Of a DNA stretch of 64,000 nt, positions 56,532 through 64,000 are shown one piece after another. Within the stretch, counting starts at the first letter, position 1. Each line of letters starts with the position of its first letter. Both the position numbers and the translations under genes were made by a program. The notes under the pieces are model-generated. The model ran no database searches and was not told the DNA's origin. It worked only from the letters and a program-made list of their open reading frames with translations. Origin of the DNA: Thermoanaerobaculia bacterium (lineage in GTDB: Bacteria; Acidobacteriota; Thermoanaerobaculia; UBA5066; Gp7-AA6); assembly GCA_035498405.1 (NCBI GenBank), contig DATKAE010000032.1, positions 35,195 through 99,194 on the forward strand, given 5' to 3'.

Positions 56532-58189
56532 GGCCGGACTCCGGCGGGGGCCTCGAGAGCCCACCAGCCGAGGGGGCCAGGCCAGATGCCGAAAAGACCG
56601 AGCGGCGAGGTCTCGACACCCTGCAGGCGCCGGCGCAGCCCGTACTTCTTGGTGGCGTTGACGACGAAGACCGCCGGAGCGTCATCCCGGAAGATGCGGT
56701 GGAGTCGGTGGTAGATCGCGATGCGCCGGTCCTCCTGTCGCTCGCCGCGCGCCTGCTCCATGAGGCGATCCGCCTCGGGGTTCCGGTAGAAGCCGCTGTT
56801 TAAGCCCCGAGGCGGCCACTGCGAGGAGTCCCAGTAGGGGTACGGGTCGGGGTTTGGGTCGGAGGCGCTCGAAGCCAGCGACGCCGCCTCGAAGGCTCCG
56901 GAATCCACGCGCTCGACGAAGGAGGCCCACTCGAGCGGCCGCACCCGCGCCCGCACGCCGACCCGCGCGAGCGCTGCCGCGAAGGTCTCGTCGATCTGAC
57001 GGCCAATCGTGTTGCCCGCCGAGACGAGCAGCTCGAAGTCGAACTCGCGGCCGTCGCGGTCGCGAATACCGTCGCCGTTGGTGTCGCGCCACCCCAAGTC
57101 CTCGAGCAGGGCCGCCGCCCCTTTCGGGTCGAAGGGAAGCGGCTCGACCGACGAGTCGTAGGCGGGAGACTCCGGTGCCCACGGTCCGGAGATGACTCGG
57201 GCCGAACCCTGGAACAGATGGCGCGCAATCCCTTCCCGGTCGAGCAGCATCGTCACGGCTCGCCGCGCTCGCGGGTCGGCGAAGAAAGGAAGGCGCGCGT
57301 TCAAGGCGATGTAGTTGTAATCGAGATCGTAGAATTCGACCACGCGGCAGCACTGGGAGAAGGCCGGATCCTCCGCGGCCCGCTGTTTGAGGGGAGCGTC
57401 GATCCAGCTCTCATCGAGGTCCCCCTGCACCAATGCCCGGTAGGCGACGGCATTCTCCGGGACGACACGAAACACGATCCGGTCGAAATATCCGCGAGGG
57501 CCCCAGTAACGAAGGTTGCGCTCGAGCGTGATCGACTCCTGAGCCTTCCAGGAGGTGAGGCGGTACGGGCCATTCGAGAGCGGCGCCCGGTTGTCGGGAG
57601 CGCGGTCGAAGGCGACACCCTGAAACCGGCGGGCCGGGAGCAGCGGCAGGGCGAACGCCATCGCCCGATACGCGTCGACCCGCCGAAACCGGGCGCGAAA
57701 TGCGTGCGGCCCGGCCTCTTCGACCGAGACGAGATCCTCGAAGAAGGACTTGTAGAGCGGAGAGCTGGTTCCCGGGTCTGCGATCTTGCGGATCGTGAAC
57801 ACGGCGTCGGAGGGCGTGACCGGCACACCGTCCTCCCAAACGGCTTCGGGCCGCAGGTGCACGGTGAAGCTCAGGCCATCGGGCGAAGTCTCGAACCGCT
57901 CGGCGAGGCCCGGAACCAGTGCGAGCCGGTCGTCGAAGTCGAAGAGGTTTCGGGATAGATACTGGAGGACGAGCTGTTCGGGCACGTCCGTCTGGAGCAC
58001 GGCGTTTAGGCTCCCCGGCTCGCCGAAGAGACGCCGGTAGAGAGTCCCGCCATCGGCGGGCGAACTGCCCACCCGGGTCGCCGCCGGGGCTGGACTCTTT
58101 CTCGGCGCGGCGAAGGCGCCCTGGCGCTCCTTCCCGCGGCATCCCGCGAGAAGCGCGATCGCCACGAGGGTCGTCGCGAGAAGGCGCAC
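56528..58189 (-). CDS. oppA: ABC transporter substrate-binding lipoprotein, family 5 (oligopeptide-binding)
   Basis: Lipoprotein signal LLATTLVAIALLAGC; SBP_bac_5 architecture. Confidence 0.8.
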   Translation of the reverse strand: MRLLATTLVAIALLAGCRGKERQGAFAAPRKSPAPAATRVGSSPADGGTLYRRLFGEPGSLNAVLQTDVPEQLVLQYLSRNLFDFDDRLALVPGLAERFETSPDGLSFTVHLRPEAVWEDGVPVTPSDAVFTIRKIADPGTSSPLYKSFFEDLVSVEEAGPHAFRARFRRVDAYRAMAFALPLLPARRFQGVAFDRAPDNRAPLSNGPYRLTSWKAQESITLERNLRYWGPRGYFDRIVFRVVPENAVAYRALVQGDLDESWIDAPLKQRAAEDPAFSQCCRVVEFYDLDYNYIALNARLPFFADPRARRAVTMLLDREGIARHLFQGSARVISGPWAPESPAYDSSVEPLPFDPKGAAALLEDLGWRDTNGDGIRDRDGREFDFELLVSAGNTIGRQIDETFAAALARVGVRARVRPLEWASFVERVDSGAFEAASLASSASDPNPDPYPYWDSSQWPPRGLNSGFYRNPEADRLMEQARGERQEDRRIAIYHRLHRIFRDDAPAVFVVNATKKYGLRRRLQGVETSPLGLFGIWPGPLGWWALEAPAGVRP

Positions 58190-58241
58190 GCCCCGATTAT
58201 GAAGGACTCGATCGTCCGGATTCGACGTTCGACCGCCCGGC

Positions 58242-60419
58242 CTACGGAAGCACGAAACTCGCGGCGGCCATGTTACGCGCGATGTCCGTGACCCGAATCA
58301 GCACGTAGGCCCCATGTGGGGCTCCCGCCACGCGAATCGAGTAGGTCTCCGTCGGTGAGTCGGAAAGGCCGTCCTCGGGCTCGACGCGGATCCACTCTTT
58401 CGCATCGATGCTGTACTCGGCCTGGAGAATCGGGGAGGCCGCGTCCGCAGCCTCGAAACGCAGCAAGGAACCGGACGCCGGAAGGCGGCGAATCACGGGC
58501 GGGGTGTTGTCGACGCGCACGGGCGAGGACTCCCGCGTCGCGCTCTTGGGGTCATCCGGGTTGGCGTCCGCGTCGGAAGCCGTCAGCTGAAACACGTACT
58601 CTCCGTCGGGCAGCGAGGTCGTGTCGAAGGCGAAGTAAGTGTCCTTGATGTCCTTGCGCAGCAACACCCAGCGTGCCGAGTCCAACGGCCGCACGCGAAG
58701 CTCGTAGGTGAGGGGATCGCCGTCCCGGTCGCTCGCCTTCCAGACGAGCGTCCGATACCCCTTGCGCAGCAGCTTGCGCGGCGCCCCCTCCGCCTTGGAC
58801 TCCTCGAGGCCCGTGAAGATCCCCTTCTCGTCCGGAGCCTGCGTCTCGAAGACGTTGGAACTGCCGGAGGCGGCCCGCGCGAGCACCTCACTCGGCGCCA
58901 TCGGGTTCAGGCTATCGATCTCGGGCGCGGCGTTGCGGTTGCGATAAGCGGCTTCGGTCCTGCGGATGACCGGAACCGCCTTGCCGTCGGATGTCATTCG
59001 AACCTTCCATTGAACGTAGCGGCCGGGCGGTGCGGCGACGCTGCCGGCCCGCCCCCCGGGCTGCCATGAGGACCAAGGGCTCCAAGTCGCGTCGGGCGTC
59101 TGGGACTCGCCGGAGCGAAACGCGAACTGGACACCCGTTCCGGCGGGAACATCCCCCTCGAAGCGGAACGCTCCAAACCGGCTCGTGCGGCCCGTGTCCT
59201 TGACCGGCGAAACGTATTCGCCCTCCCGTGGTCCCTCCGACAAGCGGTAGACGGCGCAAGAGGAATTGGTGGCGATCGCGTCGCCGGCCAGCGCCGTGAT
59301 CTGTTTCTCGTCCAGGGTTCGGTCGAGCGACCAGTATCCGTTTCCGATCCGGTACAGCTTCCCATTCGGACCGGTGGCGGCAAGAACATCCCCTCGACCC
59401 CCCGCAGAGTCCAGCGCGAAGACGATCTCCTCAGTGCTCGACCAAACGGCGCGGGGCGGCTCGTCATTCGAGAAAACGATGACCTCTGACGAGTAGGCCC
59501 CCTTGCCCGAGGAGTGCGCCGGGGCCACGCGCGCCGAGGACACGCTGACGGACACCTCCGCCTTCTCCTTGCCCTCGTCGTCCTCGCGGCCCGGCGCGCG
59601 GGGCGGCTTTGCGGCCGGCAGCGCCACGGGAGCCGTGATGGGTTCGCCCGCACCGGCGGTGGCCTCCGCCGACACCGCAGCCGCCCAGATCCGGCCGTCG
59701 CCGCTCGAGGTGATCGAGGAGATTTCGCTCTTGGCCGAGTCGTAGACGGTCGACACGGTTCCGGACGGGTCGATCCGCAGGACCAGACCCGATCCGGCCG
59801 TGCCGGCCCAAATCCGTCCCTGGCCGTCTCGGAAGAGCGTCCGGACGTGGGGGTCCGAGGCAGCGTAGACCCTTTCCCCCTTGTGAGCAGAGGCGACCCG
59901 ATGGATCTCTCCCGGCAGGCCCGTGGCGACGTAGAGCGTCGGGCCTGCGAACGTGAGCGCCCACGTGTACTTGGCGCCGGTCTCGTAATAGACCTCGGCC
60001 TTGCCGCCGACGACCCGATAGACCTTGCCGCCCGGCGTCCCCCCCGCGTACAGCGCCCCATCCGGACCGAGTGCGAGCGCCGTGATCTCCTTCTCGGGCA
60101 AAGTGGCGGCGGTCTCTGCTCGTCCCCCGGTCACGCGAAGGATCTTCCCGGCGTCGCCCGTGCCGAGATAGAGAGTTCCGCCGGCGTCCTCCGCTGCCGC
60201 GAAGATCGCGGCTTCGCCCACACCCGTCACCGGCAAGACACCGCGTGACAGAGCGAGCTCTCCATCGCCGCGAACCGACACGCCGCGCGCCTCACCGGCC
60301 GAGAAATCTTGGGCGGAATCCGATAACCAGATCCGCGTTTCCGAGGCGCTCAGGCGGGAGACGGCCAGGCAGAGAACGGCCGCGCCGAGGAGCGCTCTCC
60401 CCTGAGGGAAGCTCCTCAA
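58242..60419 (-). CDS. secreted beta-propeller repeat protein (two-component-regulator-propeller-like repeats) with C-terminal Y_Y_Y-like domain; no kinase domain
   Basis: Signal peptide; repeated G-K/R-I/L-Y/W-R/A blades (GKILRV, GKVYRV, GRIWAGT, GRIWAA, GKLYRI); C-terminal TYELRVRPLDSARWVLL (Y_Y_Y-type). Confidence 0.55.
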   Translation of the reverse strand: MRSFPQGRALLGAAVLCLAVSRLSASETRIWLSDSAQDFSAGEARGVSVRGDGELALSRGVLPVTGVGEAAIFAAAEDAGGTLYLGTGDAGKILRVTGGRAETAATLPEKEITALALGPDGALYAGGTPGGKVYRVVGGKAEVYYETGAKYTWALTFAGPTLYVATGLPGEIHRVASAHKGERVYAASDPHVRTLFRDGQGRIWAGTAGSGLVLRIDPSGTVSTVYDSAKSEISSITSSGDGRIWAAAVSAEATAGAGEPITAPVALPAAKPPRAPGREDDEGKEKAEVSVSVSSARVAPAHSSGKGAYSSEVIVFSNDEPPRAVWSSTEEIVFALDSAGGRGDVLAATGPNGKLYRIGNGYWSLDRTLDEKQITALAGDAIATNSSCAVYRLSEGPREGEYVSPVKDTGRTSRFGAFRFEGDVPAGTGVQFAFRSGESQTPDATWSPWSSWQPGGRAGSVAAPPGRYVQWKVRMTSDGKAVPVIRRTEAAYRNRNAAPEIDSLNPMAPSEVLARAASGSSNVFETQAPDEKGIFTGLEESKAEGAPRKLLRKGYRTLVWKASDRDGDPLTYELRVRPLDSARWVLLRKDIKDTYFAFDTTSLPDGEYVFQLTASDADANPDDPKSATRESSPVRVDNTPPVIRRLPASGSLLRFEAADAASPILQAEYSIDAKEWIRVEPEDGLSDSPTETYSIRVAGAPHGAYVLIRVTDIARNMAAASFVLP

Positions 60420-62245
60420 AAGAGTCTCGGCAGGACGTCGAGTCGGAGGTGGACCGAACCGGTGACCGGTACGGACTGTTCGAGCGACTGCGACTCCAGG
60501 CGCACCGATGAAAGATCGGGCGCTCCGCTGCCTCCCGGACCTCGATCGAGCAGGACGGCGCCCACCGAGGGGGGCAGCGCCGTCAGGGTCTCTCCTCCGA
60601 CCACCGCGCCCGGGGCTCGCCGGTCCGCGAGCAGATTGAGCGAGTTCGGCGGGCGAACGCGGGCTAAGAAATCGAGGACCTGCGACAAAGATCGAGGATC
60701 GGGCGGATAGAGGGCGAGGTCATAGGCGGTGGCGGCGGCTCCGTCTCCGACAAAGACGTTTAAGGGACCGGGCGGCGTGTCCGGAGGCACTTGCACGAGC
60801 ATCGACACGCGACGCGCGCTTCCTCGAAAATCGACCAGATCGACGTGGATGGGCACCGATTCGCCCGGCCGAACCTTCCCCTTGCCCGCCTCGACGTTCA
60901 CCACGCGGGCGCTCTGGAGCCGATCGGAGTGCCGAATGTCCACGTCGAGGCCGGTGATCGTGAGATCCTGAAACTCGTTGGCCATCAGATAATTCGTTAG
61001 AAGCGCCAACGACGCCACGGCTTCCTCCCGTGCCGTGAGCCCCGTGAAGACGGTCTGCCAGGGGATGACGCGGTCAGGCGTTCGAATGGAAGACTTCCAC
61101 ACGAGCGTCCGCTCTCCGGTGCGCTTCTCGATCGTCGTCAGCACGCTGTCGACCGCGATGGCCGCCAGGATCGGCGTCAACATCGAGTTGTGAACCACCT
61201 GGAAGTGGAAGGTCTGCGTCGGAATGTCCTCGGAGGACAGGCGCACCTGCACCGGAACCATGGGCGCGCGGGCGCCGAAGGTGCCGAGGATGCCGGTCGA
61301 CCGGTCCTGGGAGATCGAGCCCAGGGTCTGGCCTGTTGCCGCGAGCTTGAAGGAGCGGAAGACGGATGGCAAAACGGTCAGAACGTCGGCGTCGGCCATC
61401 GGCATGTCGACGGGCCCCATCGAGAGAAACGGATGTCCGAAGGCCAGCACGCTCGAGCCCTCGACCCAGGTCACGGTTCCCGTCGCCGCGATGTCCATGT
61501 CTCCCGACATCAGTACCGTCGCGATCGGAGAACCCGGCTGGAGCCTCGCTCGACCCTCTTCGCGGGACGCCGATGCGCCGGAAGGGACAGCGATCCAACC
61601 CGCCGTGTCCGCGAACCGCGCACCGAGGGCGCTCGACAGCGGCCCGGCCGAAAACGAGATCGGAAGCGGCAAGGCGGTCATCGTTCCGCCGCCGGCGGGC
61701 CGGAAGGGCGAGAGAATCGCCTCGAGGCCGGGCCGGAAGCGACCCTCCCGGAACGCCGAGATCAGCGCCTCTGTCGACACCGCCGAACCGGCGATCGGCA
61801 CCGGAGGCGCCGCCGGCGCCTTGCGAATGTCCAACATGCTCTGAATCGGCGTGATCCCGCAGATCGGATCCTTGGCGAAGGGCCAACCGTAGGCCAGCGC
61901 GCCCACGAGCTTCCCGTCGACATAGATCGGGCTGCCACTCATGCCGGCGATGATCCCCGAACGCTCGAGACCGGCCCCGGACACGCGCCCCAGGATCATG
62001 TCTTGGCCCGGCGCAAATCGCTTCAAGGTGCCGATGATCTCGACGTCGAAACGCTGAACGCCTTTGCCGTCGCCGAAATCCGTCAGGCCATATCCCTTCA
62101 TCCCCGAAACGACGCGGTCGGCCGGCAAGATCGCGGAAGGCTGAGCCAAAGCAGCGCCACCGGCCGCGGCGAGTGCCAGGACGAAGCCGACGACAGTGGC
62201 GCGTCGCGTCACGCGATGGAAAACGCGCCGAATCGGAGCCGCCAT
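60416..62245 (-). CDS. secreted serine-peptidase-like protein, SpoIVB/S55-like
   Basis: Signal peptide VVGFVLALAAAGGAALAQP; catalytic-serine-type motif GMSGSPIY. ATGA-type 4-nt coupling to the downstream propeller gene. Family call is from memory of the SpoIVB GMSGSPI motif and is tentative. Confidence 0.45.
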   Translation of the reverse strand: MAAPIRRVFHRVTRRATVVGFVLALAAAGGAALAQPSAILPADRVVSGMKGYGLTDFGDGKGVQRFDVEIIGTLKRFAPGQDMILGRVSGAGLERSGIIAGMSGSPIYVDGKLVGALAYGWPFAKDPICGITPIQSMLDIRKAPAAPPVPIAGSAVSTEALISAFREGRFRPGLEAILSPFRPAGGGTMTALPLPISFSAGPLSSALGARFADTAGWIAVPSGASASREEGRARLQPGSPIATVLMSGDMDIAATGTVTWVEGSSVLAFGHPFLSMGPVDMPMADADVLTVLPSVFRSFKLAATGQTLGSISQDRSTGILGTFGARAPMVPVQVRLSSEDIPTQTFHFQVVHNSMLTPILAAIAVDSVLTTIEKRTGERTLVWKSSIRTPDRVIPWQTVFTGLTAREEAVASLALLTNYLMANEFQDLTITGLDVDIRHSDRLQSARVVNVEAGKGKVRPGESVPIHVDLVDFRGSARRVSMLVQVPPDTPPGPLNVFVGDGAAATAYDLALYPPDPRSLSQVLDFLARVRPPNSLNLLADRRAPGAVVGGETLTALPPSVGAVLLDRGPGGSGAPDLSSVRLESQSLEQSVPVTGSVHLRLDVLPRLF

Positions 62246-62263
62246 TCCCTTTGAATCTCTCCA

Positions 62264-63028
62264 ATGCGTATGTTACGGTCCTTTGGGATGGTCGCGGCAC
62301 TTTTTCAGCCGATCTCCAGCGAAAACCTTCCTGGCGGCGGTTCCCTTTGGGCCTTCTTTCGGGAAACCGGGCCAACGGCCAAGGTGGTCCTGGGCATTCT
62401 CTTTCTGTTCTCCCTGATCTCCTGGATCATCATTTTCGCCAAATACCTGCGCCTGCGCCGCGTGGCGAACCAGTCGGAGAAATTCGTCACTTACTTCCGA
62501 AAGTCCAAGCGATTCTCGGAGGTCAACGGGATCGCGAGCCAGCTCCCGGACACTCCCTTGACGACCCTGTTCCGGGCGGGCTACGCGGAGCTGGATGCAC
62601 AGGTGAAAGCCAACCGGCCGGAGGATCCCGCCGTGACCGCGAGCGGAGCCGGCAAACTGCTGATCAAGAACATCTCGGGAGTGGAACGGGCGTTGGAGCG
62701 GGCGATCACGGCCGAGGTGTCGCGGCTGACCCGGTACATGACGTTCCTGGCCACGACCGCCTCCGCCTGCCCGTTCATCGGTCTCTTCGGGACCGTCTGG
62801 GGAATCATGCAATCCTTCCGCGCGATCGGGAACACGGGCTCCACCTCGATCGTGGCCGTGGCGCCCGGGATCTCCGAGGCGCTCATCAATACCGCGGCCG
62901 GCCTGGCGGCTGCGATTCCGGCGCTGATCTTCTACAACTACTTCATGGGCCAGGTCCGCATGCAACGGGCAGGAATGGAGGATTTCGCGCTGGAGTTCAT
63001 CAACCTGGCAGAGAGAAATTTCACGTAG
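62264..63028 (+). CDS. MotA/TolQ/ExbB proton-channel family protein
   Basis: Three TM segments and conserved C-terminal region (FIGLFGTVWGIMQSF, ALINTAAGLAAAIPALIFYNYF). Confidence 0.8.
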   Translation: MRMLRSFGMVAALFQPISSENLPGGGSLWAFFRETGPTAKVVLGILFLFSLISWIIIFAKYLRLRRVANQSEKFVTYFRKSKRFSEVNGIASQLPDTPLTTLFRAGYAELDAQVKANRPEDPAVTASGAGKLLIKNISGVERALERAITAEVSRLTRYMTFLATTASACPFIGLFGTVWGIMQSFRAIGNTGSTSIVAVAPGISEALINTAAGLAAAIPALIFYNYFMGQVRMQRAGMEDFALEFINLAERNFT

Positions 63029-63110
63029 CCGTGGCCGACTCTTCGGACGTGCGTTGCTCTGAGAGCATCCTGATCGCCGCGCTTGACCGAGTCGCTGCGA
63101 CCCGCGACTA

Positions 63111-63539
63111 ATGGCGCTCCAACGGCAATCGGGCGATCCCTACGACCATCTGGCGGACATCAACGTGACGCCGCTGGTCGACGTCATGCTCGTGCTGTTG
63201 ATCATCTTCATGGTCACGGCGCCGATGCTCCACCAGGGCGTCTCGGTCGCGCTGCCGCGCACGGCGACGACCAACCTGCCCACCTCGATCGAGGACCCGG
63301 TCATCCTGTCCATCACGCGCGAGGGCGCCTACTACATCAACGAGACGCCGGTGGCGCGGGGACTTCTGCGGGAGCGGCTTCGGGCCTTCCTGAAGACGAG
63401 GAAGGACCGCACCGTCTTTCTCAAGGCGGACCGGGCGCTCTCCTACGGAACGGTCGTCGAGACGATCGACATCTTGAACCGCATGGGAATCGAGAACCTC
63501 GGGATGATCACAGACACCGGCGCGAAGAAGGGCAATTGA
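63111..63539 (+). CDS. ExbD/TolR biopolymer transport protein
   Basis: INVTPLVDVMLVLLIIFMV N-terminal signature; 142 aa. Confidence 0.8.
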   Translation: MALQRQSGDPYDHLADINVTPLVDVMLVLLIIFMVTAPMLHQGVSVALPRTATTNLPTSIEDPVILSITREGAYYINETPVARGLLRERLRAFLKTRKDRTVFLKADRALSYGTVVETIDILNRMGIENLGMITDTGAKKGN

Positions 63540-63570
63540 GGCCTCCGAGCTCGGACTGACCGCCACGTCA

Positions 63571-64000
63571 TGGACGCCGTCGGAGACATCCTCGCGGAAA
63601 AAGAGGAGCAGGCTTTCCCGTGGGCCGCCGGGGCGTTGCTGGCGGCGATGCTCCACTTGGGTATCGCGGCCGCGTTTCTGGCATCGTCCCTCGCAACGCC
63701 GCAGCGACTCGCGCCACCCCGCGCCGTGGCCGTGCGGATCCTCCAAGCCGGGTCCCTGCGGGGGCAGACGGCCAAGGCGGCCGCGCCGGAGCCTGCCAAA
63801 CCGAAGATCGAAAAGCCTCCGGAAGAGGCACCGCCTCCCCCCTCCCAAAAAGCCGTATTGCTGCCGGCCAAGGAAGAGAAGAAGAAGAAGCCGACACCCG
63901 CTCCCCCTGCCCGCGCGACCGCGCCCCACGGCCCGGAGGTCTCGCTCCCGAGCTCCGGCGAGGGACAGGGGACGGGTCCGGGAGTCACCGCGGCCGGCGC
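63571..64000 (+). CDS. TonB/TolA-like protein, N-terminal part (continues beyond window end)
   Basis: ATG then TM (WAAGALLAAMLHLGIAAAFL) and Pro/Lys-rich spacer (PEPAKPKIEKPPEEAPPPP). It follows exbB-exbD. Not in the ORF track because it runs off the edge. Confidence 0.55.

Noticed and set aside
54703-56685. 660-aa minus ORF upstream of oppC
   Set aside because: Only the C-terminal 283 aa (from the TTG at 55554) look like OppC. The N-terminal 370 aa are Pro/Arg/Ala-rich and lie over oppB in another frame.
1-64000. CRISPR arrays, rRNA/tRNA genes, IS elements
   Set aside because: No regularly spaced direct repeats, no tRNA-like or rRNA-like sequence in any intergenic region longer than 50 nt, no transposase-like ORF.

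Overview
This 64-kb window is about 70% GC bacterial chromosomal DNA carrying roughly 63 protein-coding genes. I recognised no rRNA, tRNA, CRISPR array, transposase or IS element. A striking house style is start/stop overlap: many adjacent genes overlap by 4 nt (GTGA, TTGA or ATGA) or 1 nt (TGATG), often with GTG or TTG start codons. Gene content and this style suggest an Acidobacteriota-like high-GC organism; that is an inference.

Main content, in order:
- **1..338 (-):** 5' end of guaA, running off the window edge.
- **906..2804:** a membrane HAMP/PP2C phosphatase sensor.
- **3256..14633:** a nearly complete lysine-fermentation-type pathway (kdd, kamD, kamE, kal, kce). The last four are translationally coupled to an APC permease and a PSMA-like M28 peptidase. 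The pathway is interrupted by an antisense secreted PAP2 phosphatase and flanked by a ParB-like protein and a deviant-Walker-A NTPase. kamA is absent.
- **26410 down to 14635 (- strand run):** lipoprotein, beta-lactamase-like hydrolase, thiolase-hbd-crt, two tandem paralogous outer-membrane-like beta-barrel proteins, a truncated LeuA-type synthase, xerD, a lytic transglycosylase and an M20 peptidase.
- **26551..30906:** a Ser/Thr kinase with PEGA domains, a TPR protein and a DUF1684 protein.
- **37839 down to 30958 (- strand):** a cell-envelope/housekeeping run of NfeD, stomatin, a SPOR protein, lipA, lnt, prfB (with its programmed +1 frameshift) and a Nudix hydrolase.
- **37901..44614:** a putative bacterial sphingolipid/ceramide-type cluster. 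It comprises a PAP2-like membrane protein, a GNAT acyltransferase, a serine-palmitoyltransferase-like enzyme, an NAD-dependent epimerase-family reductase, an aminotransferase and a membrane protein.
- **44631..53768:** mixed genes (see feature list), including an AMMECR1 + alpha/beta-hydrolase pair, an archaeal-type (type II) GAPDH-like protein and a zinc-ribbon/PaaI-thioesterase/NYN-LOTUS operon.
- **53790..58189 (- strand):** a thioesterase-coaD-oppCBA operon without ATPase genes.
- **58242..62245:** a SpoIVB/S55-like peptidase plus a beta-propeller/Y_Y_Y protein.
- **62264..64000:** exbB/tolQ, exbD/tolR and a partial tonB/tolA.

All coordinates come from the supplied ORF track. Internal starts were chosen by residue offset from the track ORF starts. 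Hand-indexing of the printed sequence disagreed with the track by 1 nt in a few places, so treat exact hand-picked positions as +/-1-2 nt.
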